The translations under genes were made by a program, and so were the position numbers. This document shows, in pieces, positions 51,299 through 58,356 of a DNA stretch of 64,000 nt. Origin of the DNA: Promethearchaeota archaeon (GTDB lineage Archaea; Asgardarchaeota; Lokiarchaeia; Sigyniarchaeales; SOKP01); assembly GCA_029838195.1 (NCBI GenBank), contig JALGVJ010000042.1, forward strand, positions 1-64,000, given 5' to 3'. Below the pieces are notes generated by a model that ran no database searches, had not been told where the DNA came from, and was given only the letters and a program-made list of their open reading frames with translations. Position 1 is the stretch's first letter, and every line of letters begins with the position of its first letter.

Positions 51299-52516
51299 AT
51301 GACAATAGAAACCCCCATCGAAATTCCTCTCAATGATTTATACTTCAATTATATTGATACTCTTTCGAATAAGTTTCATTACATCACTCCTGATTTAGAG
51401 GAGGGAATGTCGCTCCCTTTTGAACTAATTAAGCAAGGAGGGAAGCAAAAAATTAATCCCGTGATACAAGCTGCTCGACCAGAACATGCACGGGAAATTG
51501 TAAAAATTTATAAAGAGATTTACCACGGAACTTATCCTTATAAAGAAATGGAGGATGAATTAGAAGTAAAACACATGATAGAACAAAATGACCATTCTTT
51601 TCTCATATTTAAAGATAATAAAGGTACTATAATGGGATGCTTCACGTTTGTTTTTAATTTTGAGGAGAAACGAGCTTATTTACGGGGCTATAATGTAAGG
51701 CCAAAATATCAAAAATATTTTGATGTCATAAAGGGATTTCTAGGGTCTTTAATTGGCATACTGTATTTGTATCGAAATAAGATTCTTGTTTGGTATGCTG
51801 AGAATCGCACGGCTCATGCTGCGTCTCAATATTTTTGTCAAGTTGCGGGAGTGAAAAACGTGGCGTTTCTTCCTAATAAAGATATTTTCTTTCGAAAAAT
51901 AGAGTCTGACATGTTGCATGTGGGATATAATAAAGACGCATTAACAACCTTTAGATCAAGGGAAATTCCTCAAATTATTCCAAGTATTATTAATTGTTAC
52001 GCCTTTTCTAATAAAAGATATTCATTAGGGAAAGCCGATATTGTCAATCCTAAACTCATTCTTAAAGATCAAGTGATGTGGGAGCTTAAAAGCAAGATCA
52101 ATGTAAGAATTAAAAAGAAAAAGTTTAATTATCAGATAATTAAATTTACCCTCTCAAATACGGATAGTTATTTAAAATGTTTATATACACCCATGGTTAA
52201 AAATATTGAAAAAATAGAATATAACATCGATAAATTGGAAGAATTACATGTATTTCTAACTGAATTAAATAAATTTTGTCGCTTAAAAAATATCCGTTAT
52301 GCTGAATGCTTGGTTTCTGCTCACGAACCTTCTCACCAACAAATTTTTTTAAAAGCAGGTTTTCAACCTCGCGGGTATATTCCTAGCTGGAAATATAATA
52401 GTGTAGAGAAAAAATTCACGGATCATGTCATGTTTAATTGGTTTGTGCCACCCTTGAGTAAAAATATCCAACTTATTGAGGAGGGATGGGAATTATTGAA
52501 ATATTTAAATTTATAA
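51299..52516 (+). CDS. GNAT-family N-acetyltransferase-like protein (two domains)
   Basis: ARPEHAREIVKIYKEIYHGTYPY, GYNVRPKYQ, ENRTAHAASQ, GFQPRGYIP. Confidence 0.8.
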   Translation: MTIETPIEIPLNDLYFNYIDTLSNKFHYITPDLEEGMSLPFELIKQGGKQKINPVIQAARPEHAREIVKIYKEIYHGTYPYKEMEDELEVKHMIEQNDHSFLIFKDNKGTIMGCFTFVFNFEEKRAYLRGYNVRPKYQKYFDVIKGFLGSLIGILYLYRNKILVWYAENRTAHAASQYFCQVAGVKNVAFLPNKDIFFRKIESDMLHVGYNKDALTTFRSREIPQIIPSIINCYAFSNKRYSLGKADIVNPKLILKDQVMWELKSKINVRIKKKKFNYQIIKFTLSNTDSYLKCLYTPMVKNIEKIEYNIDKLEELHVFLTELNKFCRLKNIRYAECLVSAHEPSHQQIFLKAGFQPRGYIPSWKYNSVEKKFTDHVMFNWFVPPLSKNIQLIEEGWELLKYLNL

Positions 52517-52869
52517 ATGATTTTTCAAGTAAATCTTTTTAAATTGTATTGGTTATTCTCTTAGTCCTTGATTTTTTACTCTTAATTCTTTTGTTCTCGT
52601 TTAGATTAGTTTTATTCCAGAGAATTTTTTTGATAATCTCTAAATTCATTCTTATAAATATCGGAACCACCTCTTAAATTGGTTTTATTAAATTTACCAT
52701 GAATTACTTGTAATTTATCAATAAAAAGGGCAATATTTTCAGGGAAAAAGTAATGCGCCGAATAAATGAAATGATGAAATTCATTCGTATTGCTTTTTCT
52801 ACAACTTGTTAAAGGGGAACTTTTTAATAAGAAGAAAAAAATCGATATCCTTCCATTTAATCCCTACAT

Positions 52870-52885
52870 GTTTTTTCTTTATATA
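52870..52885 (+). promoter_or_regulatory. Shared non-canonical promoter GTTTTTTCTTTATATA
   Basis: About 58 bp upstream of the probable true start ATG 52943. Confidence 0.6.
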
Positions 52886-52942
52886 GTTCTAAATTATTTA
52901 AATGATAGAATTAGAAAATCAATTAACTTTATTAATGCTCTC

Positions 52943-53986
52943 ATGACCAAGTTTCCCATAAAATTATTTAGCAGCTTTTTTTTAATTTCAATCTTATTTC
53001 TATTTAATATTTTTCCTTCCGTACGAGCGAATTCTAATTATCTCATTAATGACGTGTTCACATTTCAAGAACCTTATCATGAATTAATTCATGGTCTCTC
53101 TTTAAATAAAGGAAAAGAATATAACATCCATTTTGAAATTGTAAGTCCCCATAATTGCACCATGGCGATAAATCTTGCTGATCCTCAAGGTTCCATTTAC
53201 GAGCTTTTTAGAATTAGTTTGAATTTTCCAAACGGTTTCGGATTTTCGAAAGATTTCTCTCATGTAGCTGCGATGACCGGATTACATTATTTAATTGTAA
53301 AAGTTTGGACAGAAGAAAACATTAATATTCATTTATCCGTTGAAGATCGGGGGGATTTTAAATTCGAGAGCGAATTCACGAATAAAACCGTAGAAACAAC
53401 AATCGAAAAGGTTCATGATGGATATTCACGCCAATTCACCCGTGATTTCAAAAAGAATTATTTATACGAATTTATCTTTAAAAGGGTTTCGCCCATTCGA
53501 GGAGATTTTAATATCTTTGCTACAATTGAATTTTGGATTCAAACATCTCCTCCAAACCAAACTCGGTTTGTTCTATTGGCAAATGAAACTCTGCCGGATG
53601 TAATGCAGTTAATTTCCACCCAATTTGGTACTGCCATCAACGATACATATACTTGTAATTATACCATTCATTCGAATATTGAACCTTTTAATTTAGTTCA
53701 CGGAATCGTGGAAAAATATTTAATCTCAGAAAATGCCGGGAGTGAGTCATCTCTAAAGAACGAAACGGAAGATTCTATTCCGGAAGAAAATGATTCTTCG
53801 AGTAATTCATCCTCTACCAATGAAACGGAACCTTCAACTAATTATTCCGCGAGATTGGGAGATAATTCATCCATTTTTGTTTCTCAGCAACAATTTCTTG
53901 GAACCCTTACTGTTGCGGGAGGAGGAACCTTGATCATCATGGTAATTTTTTATTCATATAAAAAAAAGAACAAGATTACCATTTAA
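52943..53986 (+). CDS. Secreted beta-sandwich protein with C-terminal TM anchor (start corrected from 52790)
   Basis: In-frame ATG 52943 yields signal peptide MTKFPIKLFSSFFLISILFLFNIFPSVRA; Ser/Thr/Glu linker; TM followed by KKKNK. Confidence 0.75.
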   Translation: MTKFPIKLFSSFFLISILFLFNIFPSVRANSNYLINDVFTFQEPYHELIHGLSLNKGKEYNIHFEIVSPHNCTMAINLADPQGSIYELFRISLNFPNGFGFSKDFSHVAAMTGLHYLIVKVWTEENINIHLSVEDRGDFKFESEFTNKTVETTIEKVHDGYSRQFTRDFKKNYLYEFIFKRVSPIRGDFNIFATIEFWIQTSPPNQTRFVLLANETLPDVMQLISTQFGTAINDTYTCNYTIHSNIEPFNLVHGIVEKYLISENAGSESSLKNETEDSIPEENDSSSNSSSTNETEPSTNYSARLGDNSSIFVSQQQFLGTLTVAGGGTLIIMVIFYSYKKKNKITI

Positions 53987-54125
53987 AATCGTTTTTTTTA
54001 ACAAAATTCACTCGCATTCTTAAAAAATTTGAAATCGGATTTCCGTGTAAAACGTTTTAATTAAAAGTTTTTGTTTAAATAGTTTAATACCGAAGAAATT
54101 TTAAACATTTAAAATGTTTAGCCGC

Positions 54126-54281
54126 ATGAAGAAAAAGAGATTGAATGAGAGTTCTTTTTTGAGCAGCTTGAATATCTCCGAATTATCTTGGCTTTCTCTT
54201 TTTAAGAATGATGAGTTAATTTTTAAAATCTTAACAGAGAAAAAGAAAAAACAAGGTTTAACAACTGAAATAGTTGGTTAA
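54126..54281 (+). CDS. Possible 51-aa protein upstream of the TFB-like gene
   Basis: ATG-started frame MKKKRLNESSFLSSLNISELSWLSLFKNDELIFKILTEKKKKQGLTTEIVG*; below the ORF-track cut-off. Confidence 0.3.
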   Translation: MKKKRLNESSFLSSLNISELSWLSLFKNDELIFKILTEKKKKQGLTTEIVG

Positions 54282-54342
54282 AAAATGAAAATAGCTTGTT
54301 GTAATTACAATTTAAAAAACCCAATTAATTGAATCACTAATA

Positions 54343-55077
54343 TTGACCATGATTGTAATCGAATGTCAAAAAGAGGTTTCAAGTAGCCAAAAAAATAAAG
54401 CAGAGCGAATAAAAATGCTTTTTATCAAAATCATCAAGGATTTCACGAGAGAATTTCCCGTTGATCTTCGAAAGAAAATTTTGCTTTATTCTTTGTATAA
54501 AGAAATTAAACCGCAGATAAAACATCATTTTACAGCCGGAAAACGCTTTTATAATTTAATTCTTGTATATATTTTAATGCTTTTGAAAAAACAACTTCAA
54601 TGTTATGTAAATGATACGGATTGCGAAGAAGAAATTGTACTTGATTGGTTCATTTTACATGAAAATTATTATAAATTTTTTACTCAGCATTTTAAAAGAA
54701 CCTTAAAAGGAAATTACAGGGATTATGTATTAGAAATTGCAAGAAATAATTCATTCAAGAATTTCAGTAGAACAATTAAACTTTTTAACAGCCCCTTACC
54801 ATTGGATAGATGCAAATTAAAATTAAAAACTCTTAAAGAGATCTTGCCTACAACGATATATCTAAAAACTGCGGAAATCCTAACCGATTTAGAATCTAAA
54901 GGATATTCATTTAGAGGGAAAAATGTATATAGTATATTAGCTGTTACACTATATTTCGTGGCACGTAAAAATAATATGTATATTAGTGAAGCAAAAGCTT
55001 GCAACCTCTTTTCCATTTCATCTAATACGTTCAAAAGACGAAAAAATGAAATAAAACAATATGTATTGCAAATGTAA
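54343..55077 (+). CDS. TFB-like cyclin-repeat protein lacking the Zn ribbon
   Basis: FRGKNVYSILAVTLYFVARKNNMYISEAKACNLFSISSNTFKRRKNEI matches the TFB C-terminal repeat. Confidence 0.75.
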   Translation: MTMIVIECQKEVSSSQKNKAERIKMLFIKIIKDFTREFPVDLRKKILLYSLYKEIKPQIKHHFTAGKRFYNLILVYILMLLKKQLQCYVNDTDCEEEIVLDWFILHENYYKFFTQHFKRTLKGNYRDYVLEIARNNSFKNFSRTIKLFNSPLPLDRCKLKLKTLKEILPTTIYLKTAEILTDLESKGYSFRGKNVYSILAVTLYFVARKNNMYISEAKACNLFSISSNTFKRRKNEIKQYVLQM

Positions 55078-55345
55078 TGAAAATGCTCAATTCTAATATT
55101 TTTATCCTATATTTTTTTAATTAATCTCAAGTTCTGAAAAGATTATTATTTTGTCGAACTTATTGATTTTCCAATAATCTCTTTACTTGAATTATAAATA
55201 ATAAATAACTAATTTTTGTCGTTTAATTATTAAAAAACAAACATTTAAATTAGTAAATTTCTGATTATAAATTAGGGGTTGTAAATCTCCCCTTTACTAT
55301 CCAATAAATTAAAATAGTATTTAAAAAGGAGGTAGAAAGTAATAA

Positions 55346-55945
55346 ATGACGGAAGTTAAAGATGATAAAAAGATTGAGATAAAACAAGAAGAGAATCCTG
55401 AAATGAAAAACGATGCTAAGACTAAAAAGAAATCTAAAACTAAGCAGAAAAGTAAAGACATTCAATTAAGAAGAAATAGAGCATTAACTTCATTGAGCCC
55501 CATGACTAGATTCTTTAATGAAATAACTCGATTTTTTGATGAATATTTCTGGCGACCTTTTGATTTTTTCTTTCCCGAGGCTTTTGATTTAGCTTTAATG
55601 GAAGATAAACCCTTTTTCAGAACGCCTTTGGCTAACATTGTAGAGAAGGGGGATAGGTATGAAATTAAAGCTGAACTTCCGGGATTGGACAAGGGAGATT
55701 TAGAAATTACTATTCATGATGGGATGTTGGAGATTAAAGGTGAGAAAAAAGAAGAACATGAAGAGAAAAAGAAAGGATATTTAAGAAGAGAATACTCTAG
55801 TTCGAGCTATTTCCGGTGCTTTAAATTACCCGATAACATTGACGAAGACAAAATCGATGCTTCGCTAAAACAAGGGTTGTTAAAGATAACGCTTCCCAAA
55901 AAAGAAATCGAGCAAAAAGAAAAGAAAAAAATAAATGTGAAATGA
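55346..55945 (+). CDS. hsp20: Hsp20 / alpha-crystallin small heat-shock protein
   Basis: IKAELPGLDK, LEIKGEK, YFRCFKLP, DASLKQGLLKITLPK. Confidence 0.95.
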   Translation: MTEVKDDKKIEIKQEENPEMKNDAKTKKKSKTKQKSKDIQLRRNRALTSLSPMTRFFNEITRFFDEYFWRPFDFFFPEAFDLALMEDKPFFRTPLANIVEKGDRYEIKAELPGLDKGDLEITIHDGMLEIKGEKKEEHEEKKKGYLRREYSSSSYFRCFKLPDNIDEDKIDASLKQGLLKITLPKKEIEQKEKKKINVK

Positions 55946-55990
55946 TTTTTTTTCTATCTTTATTAATTTAGATTATTAATCGTATAGAAA

Positions 55991-56563
55991 TCAATATATT
56001 TTATAAATTGATTGGTCAACACTCTTTTTAGGAACATGCATTGTACCGGATTCATCTTTCCAATACTTAAAAGAATCAATATATGGTTCAACTATTGATT
56101 CTTCATCAGGGTAACCTAAACTAATGACTTGTTTAATTTCATATTGCTCTGGAATGTGTAATAATTCACGTATTTTATTTCTCTCGATAGCTCCCATCCA
56201 ACAGCTACCTAATCCATAATAAGTTGCTCCTAGTAGAATATTTTCCACGGAAGCTCCTACATCGAAATCTGCAAATTTCTTGATGTTTGTATTATTTAAT
56301 ACGATGATATAAGCGGTGGGCCTTCTATTTTCCTCAGGAGTACGTTGATTTCGGGGAAGGGCAGAGGCCCAATTCAAGAAGGGAAATAATTGTTCCCTCA
56401 TTTTGGCATCTGTAATTATAATATATTCTAAGCTCTGAACATTCATTCCGGCGGGTGCTAACCGTGCAAAATCGATTAATTCCTTTAAAATCTCTAAAGA
56501 AATTTCTTTTTGAGTAAATCTTCGAATGGTCCTTCTTTTTTGAATTACTGCTTTAAAATCCAT
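55991..56563 (-). CDS. Nitroreductase family protein
   Basis: RRTIRRF, LAPAGMNVQ, ENILLGA...GLGSCW, ISLGYP. Confidence 0.93.
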   Translation of the reverse strand: MDFKAVIQKRRTIRRFTQKEISLEILKELIDFARLAPAGMNVQSLEYIIITDAKMREQLFPFLNWASALPRNQRTPEENRRPTAYIIVLNNTNIKKFADFDVGASVENILLGATYYGLGSCWMGAIERNKIRELLHIPEQYEIKQVISLGYPDEESIVEPYIDSFKYWKDESGTMHVPKKSVDQSIYKIY

Positions 56564-56783
56564 TTTTCCTCTTTCTTGTTTACTTTATAATGGATAGATA
56601 CATTGATAACATGTTTTTAATTAATCAATGAAATATTATTCAAAATCCTTTTTAAATGACAAGAAAATCAAGGAGAATTATAAAATTTATTAAACCTTAA
56701 AATGAATTAGATATAATTCTATTATTTTAGAATAAATTTCGATTAAATATTGATTTTTATCCTTATATGATTAGGTATTAGAT

Positions 56784-57146
56784 TCATGACTTGGCTTCTC
56801 TTTCTAAATAAGATTCAAGTTTCTCATATTTCAACTTGTAAATCGAAATCCACGTTTTAAATTCCTCAGGAGAGATTAAATGAATTTCAAATACATGACT
56901 AAGTGGTAATCCCGCAGTTTCCTCTAAATTTGCCAGGATCGCAGCTCTCTCAGTTAGACTATTCGGCACATCCGCTACAATTAGAATATCAATATCACTT
57001 CCCCCTACGAGTTTTCCTTCTAAAATGCTTCCAAATATATAGGATTTCGATTGAGGCAACAATTTAACGCGTGCTTCTTCGATTTTCTTTAAATACTCAT
57101 TCCTGTGCTTCATCATTTCCATTCTATTTTTCATCATTTCTAGCAC
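56784..57146 (-). CDS. Minimal nucleotidyltransferase (MNT antitoxin-like)
   Basis: YIFGSILEGKLVGGSDIDILI; FEIHLISPEEF; overlaps the HEPN gene. Confidence 0.88.
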   Translation of the reverse strand: MLEMMKNRMEMMKHRNEYLKKIEEARVKLLPQSKSYIFGSILEGKLVGGSDIDILIVADVPNSLTERAAILANLEETAGLPLSHVFEIHLISPEEFKTWISIYKLKYEKLESYLEREAKS

Positions 57147-57516
57147 GATTTACTGCCTCCATGATTTTTTCCATTATTTTTATTGCATTGAATGCATCTT
57201 CTCTCGTATATATATTATAAATATATCTTGAATTTAAATAAGAGGACTCGAGAAGTAGCAAATCATTACGATTGTATTTTAAATTATCATCATTTGTTAG
57301 ATTATATAGTAATGTTATTAATTTTCGAATTGAGTGCCCTCGAGGCATTTCTCCCGTGAGTTCTAATATTCTTGCTCTTAAAAAAAGTTGAACAGCTTGT
57401 TCTGCCATGAAACACGCTAAATCCCAATCTTCTTCTTTAATTCTTTCTTTTGCTACTAATGAGAAATTTTTGGCTCGCTGGAAAAAGAGATCTACCTCAT
57501 TTTTATGCATTTTCAT
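57124..57516 (-). CDS. HEPN-domain protein
   Basis: LACFMAEQAVQLFLRA, PRGHSIRKL, LESSYLNSRY. Confidence 0.88.
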   Translation of the reverse strand: MKMHKNEVDLFFQRAKNFSLVAKERIKEEDWDLACFMAEQAVQLFLRARILELTGEMPRGHSIRKLITLLYNLTNDDNLKYNRNDLLLLESSYLNSRYIYNIYTREDAFNAIKIMEKIMEAVNRARNDEK

Positions 57517-57768
57517 TCCTCGTTATCAATTTAGTAAGAACGAAACCCTTCAATTAACTCTATTTATATTATTGCCAATTCGGATTGTTGAAATGAAGTC
57601 AATCTCTTAATATAAATATTTCAATTCATAATATAGAATTTACTCATTCGAATTTTGATTGGAAACTAAAATTTCATGTAGATAAAGAGAATAAGAAATG
57701 GGGTATTGTTCGTGAAACTAAACTTTCACGTTTAAACATCCATGTTTCGGTGATATTTGAATCAAGAG

Positions 57769-57928
57769 TGGGAAAGGAGGGATATATTCCTTCCAAAAGC
57801 TTGTTTTGGAAAATTGAACCCCCGACCTCTTGGTCTCTCGCTGAAAATCAATGACTTTCGGTTCCGAACCAAGAATCATTTCAGGAATCTTTAGAATGAT
57901 AATTCTTACCAAGCTAGACTACTTTCCC
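57769..57928 (-). tRNA. tRNA-Pro(CGG) with three introns (21/22, 37/38, 58/59); CCA not encoded
   Basis: Spliced 74-nt cloverleaf GGGAAAG TA GTCT AGCTTGGTA TGAT T CTTGG TTCGGAA CCAAG AGGTC GGGGG TTCAAAT CCCTC CTTTCCC A; introns 57879-57906, 57835-57862 and 57784-57813 each fold into a bulge-helix-bulge. Confidence 0.9.
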
Positions 57929-57949
57929 ACGGATTTAAGATAGGAATTC

Positions 57950-58240
57950 TTAATTATCTTTGATCTTTTCTAAGATTGATAAAATTCGATAAATGGTGGT
58001 TCTCGAGTGAAAAGGAATGTTAGGATCTAACGTTAAGTCATCAACCATGTACATCACGTTTGAAGAGAGGATACCAGGGGTTTCATCTCTCCGGGATAAT
58101 TCCTCAATGGCATTTTGGGCAATACGTTTAATATTTCTTGGGACGGAGCGGTCTTTAAGCATTCCTTCTAATAAGGTTATTACATTGGCGAAAGCTTTTT
58201 CTACTTCTTCACTAAATTTAATCTCTTCAGTCATTCTCAT
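57950..58240 (-). CDS. UPF0147 family protein
   Basis: DRSVPRNIKR and DPNIPFHSRTTIY motifs. Confidence 0.9.
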   Translation of the reverse strand: MRMTEEIKFSEEVEKAFANVITLLEGMLKDRSVPRNIKRIAQNAIEELSRRDETPGILSSNVMYMVDDLTLDPNIPFHSRTTIYRILSILEKIKDN

Positions 58241-58356
58241 ACTTACCCCTTTTTTTAATTATTTGGAAAGAATTGCTTTTGAAGTTGAAAAAGTTAAGAT
58301 ATAGAGAAATAATATTGTGAAACAAAATAATCCAATAAATTTATTTTTTTTGAATT

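Noticed and set aside
52790-52942. Annotated TTG start and N-terminal 51 aa
   Set aside because: The segment contains the shared promoter motif, and ATG 52943 gives a proper signal peptide
36549-57769. tRNA-Pro-anchored integrated element or provirus
   Set aside because: I found no duplicated tRNA 3' end (att site), integrase, capsid or replication gene in the window
57718-57912. 64-aa ORF in the track
   Set aside because: It overlaps the three-intron tRNA-Pro on the same strand; spurious
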